Part shown: positions 21,716 through 30,516 of the stretch, piece by piece
Position numbering within the stretch: position 1 is the stretch's first letter
How the letters are laid out: the number at the start of each line of letters is the position of its first letter
Origin: Salinispira sp.
GTDB taxonomy: Bacteria > Spirochaetota > Spirochaetia > DSM-27196 > Salinispiraceae
Direction: 5' to 3'
Assembly: GCA_965602015.1 (NCBI GenBank)
Contig: OZ271918.1
Coordinates: 1,984,001 to 2,048,000, forward strand
Length of the DNA: 64,000 bases
Notes under the pieces: generated by a model
The model's input: the letters and a program-made list of their open reading frames with translations, nothing else
What the model was told of the DNA's origin: nothing
Database searches by the model: none
Program-made: the position numbers and the translations under genes

Positions 21716-23923
21716 TTAAATATCGCAGTGTCCTGCCATACAGGCGAGTTCCTGGGCTGCGGTGGTCAAATCCTTTTCTTCATAACGGTATACCTTGGCG
21801 AAATCGATGACCGGAAACTCCTTGGCGAGTTTTTTATAGGTCTTCTCGTCGATTTCCTCATAGGGCATCTGCTCGTACTGGGCGTCGGTGGCGGGCAGAA
21901 AGGCCATGCCGCCGATGCGATCCTGATTCGCCCATATCCACTGGATGATATCGATCACCTCATCCGGTTTGTAGGTGATGGTAACCGAGGGATTGTGTTC
22001 GGTGTAGTGGACCTTGTTTTGCAGCCAGTATTCGCACTGCTCCAGGGCGCTTCGGTCGCCCCGGGTCCGTGCGCTCGCCGGGCTCTTTACCGGGAAATGG
22101 GCAACCCAGGTGGTCGCATTGTCGACGCTCTGTCCGTTTTCCGGATCCATGGGAACGCCTTCATCTTTTAGTACCCGGAAAATCGGCGTGTGAGCGCCCA
22201 CCCGCACATTTCTCACATAGTAGGGAGCCCATCGTGAGTGAAGCCCGGAAGATGAATTGAGGAGCTGACTCGAATTGCCCGAGGGTTTTACCGCGGTAAC
22301 CGAAGAACTCTGATTTATTCCGAGCTTTTCTGCGTAAATACGGTTCGTCTCAACGGCGACGTAGCGCAGCCGGCTTTGAACGTCCGAGTCCTGAGCCAGG
22401 GCGCTGTCCATCTGTCCGTTCAAATCCACCCCGAGAAGCCGTTCTTCCTCGCAGTTTTGCTTCCAGATCGGACGCAGACCGGGGAAGTTGGTGGCCATGC
22501 TTTGAATCGTTCCCAGCATGGATGCCAGCTCGACTTTCTCCTTGAGATCCTCAAAACTATCGTCGGCTCTGGCGACGGCGGAGGTCAGGTTACAAAACTG
22601 ATAGGGTCTGAGGATAATCTCGCCGCAGGGATTCGTGCCGAAGTCCGCTTCTTTTCGGCGGTCCGGGCGGTTCATCACCGCTGCCCGGCGGTTAAAAATG
22701 CCGGGTTCTCCCCTTCCCGAGCCCACCATGTCGAGTACGAAGCGGGCAATCTCTTCCTGGGTCAGTTCGCGGTTCGGCCATACCGCCGAGTTGTTGGCGT
22801 TCCAACGCTGGCTGTTCTTTATCCAGAAGTCCCCGTCTTTGCTGTGACGCATTTCGCTGTCGTCGTAATCAAACAGGCTGATCATGGCGGTTCGTCTGAC
22901 TCCGCCGGACACCGCTGCTCCGCCGACGGAACACATAATATCGTGGGCATCGAGGCTGGTCATAAATCGGCCCTGACGGGCAAATATCCTGTCACGGGCG
23001 AACAGGAGCATCTGACGAAGGGGTTCGGGACCGCTGGCCCTGCCTCCCTTAATTTTGAGCGGGGCCCCCGCGGGACGAACAAGGGAGTAATCAAAATCCA
23101 CGTCCTCGCCGGCAAACCAGGTCTCTAGTCCGTAGCGAAGGGTATCGGCCCACCCCTCGGAGGTATCCTGCACAATGTAGGTATCCCGCTTGATTCCCGT
23201 CTGACGCTTAATCCGGGGCATCTGTTCGATGTACTGACGCTCAACCGAATACCCCACTCCGCAGCCGTTCATGGAGATGATGAGAGCCTCGACAAAAGAG
23301 TCGATGCTGTCGACCGGAAGATAGGAGCAGTTATAGATAGCGATATTGCTTCGCCTGGCAGGATCTCCCGCCATCGCCAGAAGGCGCATTGAGGGCATGA
23401 CCTTCATTTCCAGGATTCCCCGGTGAAGACGGTCGTAATCGGCCTCGGAAAGCTTGTTTTCGCTGACTTCCTTCAGGTAGTCCACCGCCCGGCTCACGGT
23501 TTCCACCCAGGTTTCCCGTCTGCCATATTCATAATTAAAACGGCTATATTTATCATAAAACTGGAATTTCTGGAGCTGAGTGGGGAAATAGTGGTCAGAC
23601 TCATCAAAAGCTTTTTGTACTTCCGCCGGAACGGGCCGGGATTTCCGAATTTCGGCGTGAGATGCCCGGTAGAGTATGTAGGATTTTGCGGCGGCGTATT
23701 CACCTGCTGCCTGGAGTACCATCTCCACAATGTCCTGGACCTGTTCCACCGTGGGAGTCTGATATTTTACCGCAACGACATTGACAATCTGGTTAGTCAG
23801 TTCGTCAAGATCGGCCTTCGGCTTCTCCCCGGTGCTTTGAAAACATTTATGCATGGCGTTGCGGATTCGCAACGGATCGAAATCCTGTTTGCTCCCATCG
23901 CGTTTGAGAATATGCGCGGGCAT
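21716..23923 (-). CDS. nrdJ: Class II (AdoCbl-dependent) ribonucleotide reductase with ATP cone
   Basis: ATP cone ILKRDG..VEQVQDIVE; YNCSY; GTNPCGEI; FCNLT; VKPSG; C-terminal C-x4-C (CMAGHC); no beta-subunit gene adjacent; alternative start 24004. Confidence 0.88.
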   Translation of the reverse strand: MPAHILKRDGSKQDFDPLRIRNAMHKCFQSTGEKPKADLDELTNQIVNVVAVKYQTPTVEQVQDIVEMVLQAAGEYAAAKSYILYRASHAEIRKSRPVPAEVQKAFDESDHYFPTQLQKFQFYDKYSRFNYEYGRRETWVETVSRAVDYLKEVSENKLSEADYDRLHRGILEMKVMPSMRLLAMAGDPARRSNIAIYNCSYLPVDSIDSFVEALIISMNGCGVGYSVERQYIEQMPRIKRQTGIKRDTYIVQDTSEGWADTLRYGLETWFAGEDVDFDYSLVRPAGAPLKIKGGRASGPEPLRQMLLFARDRIFARQGRFMTSLDAHDIMCSVGGAAVSGGVRRTAMISLFDYDDSEMRHSKDGDFWIKNSQRWNANNSAVWPNRELTQEEIARFVLDMVGSGRGEPGIFNRRAAVMNRPDRRKEADFGTNPCGEIILRPYQFCNLTSAVARADDSFEDLKEKVELASMLGTIQSMATNFPGLRPIWKQNCEEERLLGVDLNGQMDSALAQDSDVQSRLRYVAVETNRIYAEKLGINQSSSVTAVKPSGNSSQLLNSSSGLHSRWAPYYVRNVRVGAHTPIFRVLKDEGVPMDPENGQSVDNATTWVAHFPVKSPASARTRGDRSALEQCEYWLQNKVHYTEHNPSVTITYKPDEVIDIIQWIWANQDRIGGMAFLPATDAQYEQMPYEEIDEKTYKKLAKEFPVIDFAKVYRYEEKDLTTAAQELACMAGHCDI

Positions 23924-24031
23924 GGAAAACCCCTCCTCAAGCACGATGTTCAGTCCGCTATCCGCTGCGATATCGAGTGCTTGAACGTCGACGACCTTGT
24001 CCATGATTCCTCCCAGTTTTGTGTGGTATAA

Positions 24032-24079
24032 ACCCTACATATAGCAGCCCCTTTTCAAAGGCGACACCATATATAGCGT
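24032..24079. promoter_or_regulatory. Tandem NrdR boxes
   Basis: ACCCTACATATAGCAG (24032) and ACACCATATATAGCGT (24064), 32 bp apart, matching acaCwAtATaTwGtgt. Confidence 0.85.
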
Positions 24080-24150
24080 CATCTCTGCCAATATAGCATT
24101 ATCGCCACAGGGCTGCAATTCCATGAGAGGAAAAAAGAAGTTTTTTTTTA

Positions 24151-24543
24151 CTATTTTGGATGGACCTGGTAAACCCAGATTCTCAAACCCTCGGGATCAT
24201 CGATACCAAAGCTGCTGTGACCCCAGGGATCATCGGTAAGTTTGCGCGCAATAGGCATTTTGTGTTTCGACAGATGATTGTACACGGCGCTGACATCATC
24301 GACCTCAAGACTTAGTTCGATATTCACCGGAGCCGGGGCGCTCGGTACTGCCACATCATTTAGCTGGATAATTTCAATTAGCGCGTTGCCACTCATCTCA
24401 CCGGGGGATAGAAGGACACCGCGGTCGTTGGTCCCCCGATTCCATTCCCGCACAGCCTTCATGCCGAGTATTTCCTCGTAAAATTTTCGCATTATAAGAT
24501 AGTTTCTTGTGTGCCTGACAATAGTGAACTCTTTGGTACGCAC
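24151..24543 (-). CDS. VOC/glyoxalase family protein
   Basis: FYEEILG, LEVDDV, PWGHSSFGIDDPEG; GTG 24543 with AGGAGG SD. Confidence 0.88.
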   Translation of the reverse strand: MRTKEFTIVRHTRNYLIMRKFYEEILGMKAVREWNRGTNDRGVLLSPGEMSGNALIEIIQLNDVAVPSAPAPVNIELSLEVDDVSAVYNHLSKHKMPIARKLTDDPWGHSSFGIDDPEGLRIWVYQVHPK

Positions 24544-24789
24544 CGGCGGCCTCCTGAATTTTACGATGGAAGATCGTCTCTCGAATAAATATACCGTATA
24601 CCGCAGCAACATTTCCAGCTAGAATCCCGACAAACACATAAGCTTATTTTTACTTTTAGTAACTTTTTTTACTTATCATTTTGCACTATGCACCCTCATA
24701 TACCCCTGTTGAGCCATATATCCAGGCCGTTGGAATCAAAACACAATGAATTGTACAAAATATGACAAATTACCGACGAGCAGCTGACT

Positions 24790-24805
24790 TGGCATAGATA
24801 TAGCA
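24790..24805 (+). promoter_or_regulatory. Candidate sigma54 promoter
   Basis: TGGCATAGATATAGCA, GG-N10-GC, 26 bp before the small ORF start. Confidence 0.55.
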
Positions 24806-24831
24806 TTATTTACCCGTACATGGAGGTAACA

Positions 24832-25023
24832 ATGAGTATAACGGTAACGGCAATTGAGGGCACCTTGATAGTAGCGGCAGCGATTATCCCGATTATTCTG
24901 TTTCTGGGGAGCGTGGAGAAACTCGTAAGCGTATTGGACGAGGTTCGCTATCGAAACCGTCTGCGGAAGCAGGTGCGCCTTCTTCGGGCAAATCTCGGGG
25001 AAGATTTTAAACGGGCAGCCTAA
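24832..25023 (+). CDS. Small single-TM protein (63 aa)
   Basis: GGAGGT SD; hydrophobic N-terminal helix, basic tail. Confidence 0.65.
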   Translation: MSITVTAIEGTLIVAAAIIPIILFLGSVEKLVSVLDEVRYRNRLRKQVRLLRANLGEDFKRAA

Positions 25024-25076
25024 TCGCAAATTTGCAACAGCAGGCATCGGTGTTACAATGAAACCAGGAGCCCTCT

Positions 25077-25577
25077 ATGAAAAAAATTATCGTAGCCCTG
25101 GATTTCACACCGGTTTCGAAGGCCCTCATAAAATATGGAAAGATGTACGCATCAAAGCTTGAGGCTGAGCTGGTTCTGCTGCATGTGGCTACGGCGGTTC
25201 GCGATCTATACATCGGCTACAATCTTGGTTCGCAGGACGTGCTTGGCGCCGGAATGCCGATGTATTTCAGCGATGACGGTGTTATGGAAGTCATAAAACA
25301 GGAGCTCGAGAACGAACACAATGAGCTCATGAAGTACGTTGGCGAACTAAAATCTGAAATAGGAGTAAGCGCCTTGCTCAAGCAGGGGCCTGTTGTTGAG
25401 ACCATACTGGAAGAAGCGGAGAAGCAAAACGCCGACCTTATAATTATCGGAAGTCACGGTCACCGCCCCTTGCGACGGGTCATTCTCGGTTCGGTGAGCG
25501 AAGGAATAGTTGCCGAATCATGCTGTCCTGTAATGGTTATTCCGAGTAGCTGTTCCGGGGAAGAATCCGAACAATAG
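25077..25577 (+). CDS. Universal stress protein
   Basis: KKIIVALDF, LVLLHV, ADLIIIGSHG..LGSVSE..CPVMVIP. Confidence 0.95.
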   Translation: MKKIIVALDFTPVSKALIKYGKMYASKLEAELVLLHVATAVRDLYIGYNLGSQDVLGAGMPMYFSDDGVMEVIKQELENEHNELMKYVGELKSEIGVSALLKQGPVVETILEEAEKQNADLIIIGSHGHRPLRRVILGSVSEGIVAESCCPVMVIPSSCSGEESEQ

Positions 25578-26031
25578 CATCGGCAACCTTGCCGACGGAA
25601 TCAACATCGAGGGTGAAACCACACGGACCGCTGTAATCCTCTCTTCCCACCTCCCTCATTCCCTCAAAAGTCTTTTTTATCATCGCGTTGGAGCGTAGGC
25701 GAATCTTTCCCACATCAGAGCGAATAAGTCTTTTGATGAAGCCGGGCTCTTCGCGGTATTCGAGGGTGAGGCCGGAAGCGGGAAAACAGATGGCCAAATC
25801 CTCAACTACCCGCCTTTTGCTGCTCATCATCTCAAGCCAACCGTCTTGATCAAAGTGATAGAAAACCAATTGTTCGCCGTCTCCGCTTATCAGCAGGAGG
25901 CCCCATGCTTCGCCCGGAATGTCGTCCGGGCGATCATCGTGAAGATAAAGTTTCGCCGCCGAAATCAGCTCGCTATCAGGCCCAAAGAGATTTCGAAGTT
26001 GTTCCTCAATGTGTTGCTGATCAGTACCCAT
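25537..26031 (-). CDS. Hypothetical protein
   Basis: ORF downstream of msrA; 3' end overlaps usp. Confidence 0.65.
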   Translation of the reverse strand: MGTDQQHIEEQLRNLFGPDSELISAAKLYLHDDRPDDIPGEAWGLLLISGDGEQLVFYHFDQDGWLEMMSSKRRVVEDLAICFPASGLTLEYREEPGFIKRLIRSDVGKIRLRSNAMIKKTFEGMREVGREDYSGPCGFTLDVDSVGKVADAIVRILPRNSYSE

Positions 26032-26090
26032 ACCCAACTCCCGACGGCTGATGAAGATCAGCTCAATAATGTTCGGACTGATGATGCTCC

Positions 26091-26798
26091 TTACAAATCC
26101 ACATCAAGGATATCAATGGTTTCAATGCCCTCCAACCCGAGCTTCTCCAGTTTAGGCCGGATAACCGCAGCGCAATACCCGTAGTTCGGATTATTTTCAT
26201 AGAAATCCTGATGATAATCCTCCGCAGGATAAAATCGCTCGAATGGAACAATCTCCGTCACAATGGGGTCTGGCCAGTCTTCCTGAGCCTCTGCCGCGAC
26301 TTTTTGGGCAATCCGGGCCTGCTCTTCATCATGGGTGAGTATGATTGAACGATATTGGGGGCCGACATCATAGCCCTGACGATTCAGCGTTGTCGGATCG
26401 TGGGCCCGAAAGAATAACTGGATAATTTGCTCATAGCTGACCTTTGATTGGTCGTAATACAACTGAACAACTTCGGCATGGCGACTCCTGCCGCTGCTGA
26501 CCAAACGGTAGTTGGGATTTTCCTCTTCACCGCCGGAATATCCGGAGATAGCATGAACCACGCCTTCGATGGGTTCATAGACCGCTTCCACACACCAAAA
26601 ACAACCACCCCCGATGGTTGCTACCGAATATCCGCTGAGATCTGCCATAATTGCTCCTATTTGACGGGTATCGCTGGGATTCATCGCCGTGTCCCCGGGT
26701 TCTTCCGAGCCGGGTAATGCCGTAATTATCGGTACAGCAATTACTCCTATAAGAATGAGCAGGGTAAACCCAATGCCGCGTATTTTTTTATTTTTCAT
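26091..26798 (-). CDS. msrA: Peptide-methionine (S)-S-oxide reductase with N-terminal signal/TM anchor
   Basis: GGCFWC, HDPTTLNRQGYDVGPQYRS, AEDYHQ, GYC. Confidence 0.95.
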   Translation of the reverse strand: MKNKKIRGIGFTLLILIGVIAVPIITALPGSEEPGDTAMNPSDTRQIGAIMADLSGYSVATIGGGCFWCVEAVYEPIEGVVHAISGYSGGEEENPNYRLVSSGRSRHAEVVQLYYDQSKVSYEQIIQLFFRAHDPTTLNRQGYDVGPQYRSIILTHDEEQARIAQKVAAEAQEDWPDPIVTEIVPFERFYPAEDYHQDFYENNPNYGYCAAVIRPKLEKLGLEGIETIDILDVDL

Positions 26799-26891
26799 AA
26801 TCAACCTCGTGTGATCATAATATACTTACCTGCAGGCCAGAAAGAAAATCCTTCCTTGCCCTGATCGGCAATGGCATTATAATAGGATCAT

Positions 26892-27758
26892 ATGGACAAG
26901 GTGCTCATCTCCCGTTACCAGGAAATGTATGCCGGTAACAGCTTGAAAATTGATGCTTTTTATATCTCCAAGATGGGCCTCATGCAAAAGCATACGTTTT
27001 TAAAGGTAAAAGACTTTTTCCTGTACGCCATTCCGACCCGGCTCGGCTTTGACAGCGGACAGATACTTATCGCCATGAGCGAACGGGAGCGGGACCTTCT
27101 CGATAGTTTAAAAGACAAGCCGCAGCAATTGCGCATGAGATTTAATAGCCCCCTTTTTGGCAAAGAAATGGGCTTTTTTATTAAGGCCCAGCTTAGCGCT
27201 ATCAACAGCGACGTGGGTAAGGGCAATTATGTTCTTGTGGACTTGAAGTTTCTCACTACGCCGGACGATTTCAAGGAGATTGTCATCGAGCTGTTTCTTA
27301 TGCATGACCGGTTGAGCAAGGAATACGGGGAGAGGATGGATGATCCTACCGCTATTCCCAACACCTTTTTCAAGCAGCTCGGCCTTTCCACCTCGACGCA
27401 CATTTCCGTACCGGGCAAGGGGAGGCATCGTTGCCTGTTCAAAAGCCTTTCAATCGGCAGGGCCGAAATATACATCTCCGAAAAGCTTCAGCCCCAACTG
27501 CCGCCGGCGGGAGAGATTTTTAGTATCGAGTGCAATTGGAATGCATCGATTTTTTCAGTCACCGCGGAACTCGAGAGCGAAGTCGAGAACACCCACCAGG
27601 ACGGGGTTAAACTTATCACACCGAAACTGAAGTTTTCGGCAGCATTGACTGATATTCTCATTCCCATGACTGATCTCCTAAAACAGAGACGGCAAGAGCA
27701 CAAATCCGCCTCAGACAACACTGATGATCCCTCCGACAAGGCCGAGACCACGGCTTGA
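26892..27758 (+). CDS. PlzA-like protein (PilZN3-like domain plus degenerate PilZ)
   Basis: By-eye similarity to the spirochaetal PlzA N-domain (..YVLVDLKFLTTPDDFKEI..); CLFKSLSIGRA in place of D/NxSxxG. Confidence 0.5.
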   Translation: MDKVLISRYQEMYAGNSLKIDAFYISKMGLMQKHTFLKVKDFFLYAIPTRLGFDSGQILIAMSERERDLLDSLKDKPQQLRMRFNSPLFGKEMGFFIKAQLSAINSDVGKGNYVLVDLKFLTTPDDFKEIVIELFLMHDRLSKEYGERMDDPTAIPNTFFKQLGLSTSTHISVPGKGRHRCLFKSLSIGRAEIYISEKLQPQLPPAGEIFSIECNWNASIFSVTAELESEVENTHQDGVKLITPKLKFSAALTDILIPMTDLLKQRRQEHKSASDNTDDPSDKAETTA

Positions 27759-27812
27759 TCAAAAAACCCGTTCCTGATACTGAGGTGAGACTACAAATAA
27801 GGAAGGTTAGAC

Positions 27813-28511
27813 ATGAGTATTCACATTAAGGCGGAAAAAGGGGACATCGCGCCCACGGTTCTGTTTCCCGGAGATCCCCTTCGGGCCAAGCATATTGCCC
27901 AGACCATGTTCGAGAATCCCCGCTGCGTCAACGAGCTGCGCGGCATGCTCTGCTACACCGGCACCTACAAAGGCAAAGCTGTTTCAGCCATGGGCTCCGG
28001 GATGGGTCAACCCTCGCTATCCATTTATGCGAATGAGTTGTACCGGGATTATGGCGTTCAGCAAATAATCAGGATCGGCAGCGCAGGCTCTCTTCAAAGC
28101 TCGGTTAAGGTTGGAGACATTGTGCTTGCTCAGGGAGCATGTACAAACGCCTCCATGAACCGCCGTCGCTTCTCGGGAAATGATTTCGCCCCTATTTCGG
28201 ATTTTGACCTGCTCCGCCGCGCCTGGGAAGCGGCCGCAGCAATGAAGCTGCCGATGCATGTGGGAAACGTCCTGTCCACCGACAGCTTCTACGATCCCCA
28301 ACCCGATATGTGGAAAAAGTGGGCGGAATACGGCGTGCTCGCCGTTGAAATGGAAAGCGCAGAACTCCTGACTCTCGGCTCGTTGTACCAGCGAAAAGCT
28401 CTTGGAATCCTCACGATAAGCGACAGCCTGGTCGACTCCTCTCACGATATTTTGAACGACCGTGAAAAGGGAATGACCGATATGGTTACCCTGGCTCTGT
28501 CCCTGCTATAG
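27813..28511 (+). CDS. deoD: Purine-nucleoside phosphorylase
   Basis: PGDPLRAKHIA, GSGMGQPS, IIRIGSAG, VEMES. Confidence 0.96.
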   Translation: MSIHIKAEKGDIAPTVLFPGDPLRAKHIAQTMFENPRCVNELRGMLCYTGTYKGKAVSAMGSGMGQPSLSIYANELYRDYGVQQIIRIGSAGSLQSSVKVGDIVLAQGACTNASMNRRRFSGNDFAPISDFDLLRRAWEAAAAMKLPMHVGNVLSTDSFYDPQPDMWKKWAEYGVLAVEMESAELLTLGSLYQRKALGILTISDSLVDSSHDILNDREKGMTDMVTLALSLL

Positions 28512-28560
28512 GAGTACACATTCCGATGGTTTTTTCACCTGCGGCCATAATGATTAAATA

Positions 28561-29874
28561 ATGCTCTACGGACTGGAACGCGGACAAGGGCTCAGGCGCA
28601 GCTTTATTATTTTACCAGCCGTCAGCCTGATAAGCCTGGTAATCCTCAGCCTTGCCCTGGCACAGTTATTTCGGAGCACTGCTATCGGGTCTTTAGAGGA
28701 GCGCTTGTTCGAGAGCAACACCATGTATCAGCAGGCCCTTATTCGCGAGAGCATTCGCCACCCAAACCTGGATGCATGGAACATCGATGACTACATCAAT
28801 GGCCTTGCAGCAGGTTCGGTAATGCGGATCACGGTGATCGACGAGTCCGGCAGAGTGCTCGCCGACAGCGAGGGGAATCCCGGTGAAATGGATAACCATA
28901 TTGACCGGCCGGAGGTAAGGCAGGCGCTGATGGGCAGACCGACCTTTATCAGCCGCTTTAGCGACACCCTGGGCTACGATCTACTGTATCACGCCAGGCA
29001 ATTCAAATTGAGGGAAAGTCCGGAAACCCGGCTCATACTAAGAACAGCATTTCCAAAGATCGAATTGGAAAATACCCTCCTCTCAAGTTACCGCTTGATT
29101 GTGGCACTAAGCCTGCTGCTAATACTCCTGTCGGGGATAGTCATCTACTTCCAGATACGGGCAATTCAAAAACCCATCGCCAGAATACTGAAGGCGGCGG
29201 AGCATATCGAGGCAAACGAATGGGACCTTGATCTATACATTCTCAGGCCCTATGAGTTTGCCCGAATCGCCCATGCAATGAAGAAAATGGCAAAAAAGCT
29301 CCGGAGCCAAATCGACAGCCTTGAATCCCAGAGAAATGATTTACAGCAGATTCTCAATATCCAAAAAGATCCGGTTTTTGTGCTGGATAGTCAGCAAAAC
29401 ATCGTGAATTGCAATGCGCCGTCGCTGCGATTCCTCAAGGCCGAAGGAGTTGGACCGGGCGCCTATCAGGCCGACAGCGCCTACCAGGCCGACAGCGCCT
29501 ACCAGGCCGACAGCGCCTACCAGCCGGTATCTCCCCCCAGGCAAAACGCCACAGACCGCCGGGAAATTTCCGCTGTCCCGCAGTCCGCCGCCAAGGAAAA
29601 GTACAAGAACACCGCAAGTTCACCCCAATCCGAGGCTTCACAATACATCGGCAAAAATCTCATCACCTACATCCGCAGCACCGAACTCAACGAAATCTTC
29701 GAGCGGGCAGCTGGGCTCGGCTCCTATCAGCGGGGAACGTTCAGGATTTTTTCCCCTACTCCGGCCCGATATGAATGCTATGTCACGCCTTTTTCAGGCT
29801 CGGGATTCGAGGGGAGCAAAGAGGATAGAGACTTGTATTTGCTTGTTATATATCAGGTTCCGGTTAGCGTTTAG
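28561..29874 (+). CDS. PhoR-like sensor (TM-Cache-TM-HAMP-PAS) lacking kinase domains; possible pseudogene
   Basis: RITVIDESGRVLADS..NHIDRPEV..A..RFSDTL; HAMP; PAS; stops where the HisKA domain would begin. Confidence 0.75.
   Translation: MLYGLERGQGLRRSFIILPAVSLISLVILSLALAQLFRSTAIGSLEERLFESNTMYQQALIRESIRHPNLDAWNIDDYINGLAAGSVMRITVIDESGRVLADSEGNPGEMDNHIDRPEVRQALMGRPTFISRFSDTLGYDLLYHARQFKLRESPETRLILRTAFPKIELENTLLSSYRLIVALSLLLILLSGIVIYFQIRAIQKPIARILKAAEHIEANEWDLDLYILRPYEFARIAHAMKKMAKKLRSQIDSLESQRNDLQQILNIQKDPVFVLDSQQNIVNCNAPSLRFLKAEGVGPGAYQADSAYQADSAYQADSAYQPVSPPRQNATDRREISAVPQSAAKEKYKNTASSPQSEASQYIGKNLITYIRSTELNEIFERAAGLGSYQRGTFRIFSPTPARYECYVTPFSGSGFEGSKEDRDLYLLVIYQVPVSV
29461..29523 (+). repeat. 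18-bp coding tandem repeat x3.5 (GCCTAYCAGGCCGACAGC = AYQADS)
   Basis: Read directly from the sequence. Confidence 0.95.
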
Positions 29875-30338
29875 CTATCGGCGATTTCTTCATTTTCCAG
29901 TTCGATGATTCTGTTCAACTCGTCGAGCTGGGCTTGAAATTGCTCATCACGAATGATCAGCCCGCCCAGAAACTCGTCAATTTCACCCGTGCGAACATCG
30001 GGGCCGTCGGCTTCTATTTTTAATCTGCGCAGGTAATTTCGCCACCAGGTGGTGAGGTCCTGAATTCCCGCAAGGGGAACTTCATTTGCCTCAATGCCAT
30101 TAAAAATCAGGGAGTCAACCAGCGGTTCAACAAAGAGCAGAAGGTCATCATATGCGGTCAGAACAAGGCTGAAGTCGTCCTCATTTCTCAGCACACTCGG
30201 CAACTGCGGGCTATCCGGAACCTGGGGGATGGGGATATCAAATTCCTGAGGCGGTTCTTCGGTACCTCCCCCGGCAAACAACGGAGCAGATATAAACACA
30301 GCAAGAAATAATGCAGTACATAGTAGAGATTTGCTCAT
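29871..30338 (-). CDS. Secreted hypothetical protein
   Basis: Signal peptide ending LFA/GGGTEE; GGAGGT SD. Confidence 0.75.
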   Translation of the reverse strand: MSKSLLCTALFLAVFISAPLFAGGGTEEPPQEFDIPIPQVPDSPQLPSVLRNEDDFSLVLTAYDDLLLFVEPLVDSLIFNGIEANEVPLAGIQDLTTWWRNYLRRLKIEADGPDVRTGEIDEFLGGLIIRDEQFQAQLDELNRIIELENEEIADS

Positions 30339-30401
30339 TGGACCTCCCCTGATCCGGTACTGAACACAGTATATCCCGCCCCCTATGACAAGTCAAAAGC
30401 C

Positions 30402-30417
30402 TGGCATACGTTTCGCA
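30402..30417 (+). promoter_or_regulatory. Candidate sigma54 promoter upstream of DtxR-family gene
   Basis: TGGCATACGTTTCGCA, GG-N10-GC. Confidence 0.45.
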
Positions 30418-30516
30418 AGGCTACTCACCCCGTTGACAAATCTCCTGAGGGCGGGAAAAACGTAATCCGCATAAATTACCCTGTCCAAGCACGAAAAAAC
30501 GCGATATATTTTGGCA

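Noticed and set aside
24075..24091. Minus-strand GG-N10-GC upstream of nrdJ
   Set aside because: Poor match outside the dinucleotides, and it overlaps an NrdR box that already explains the region.
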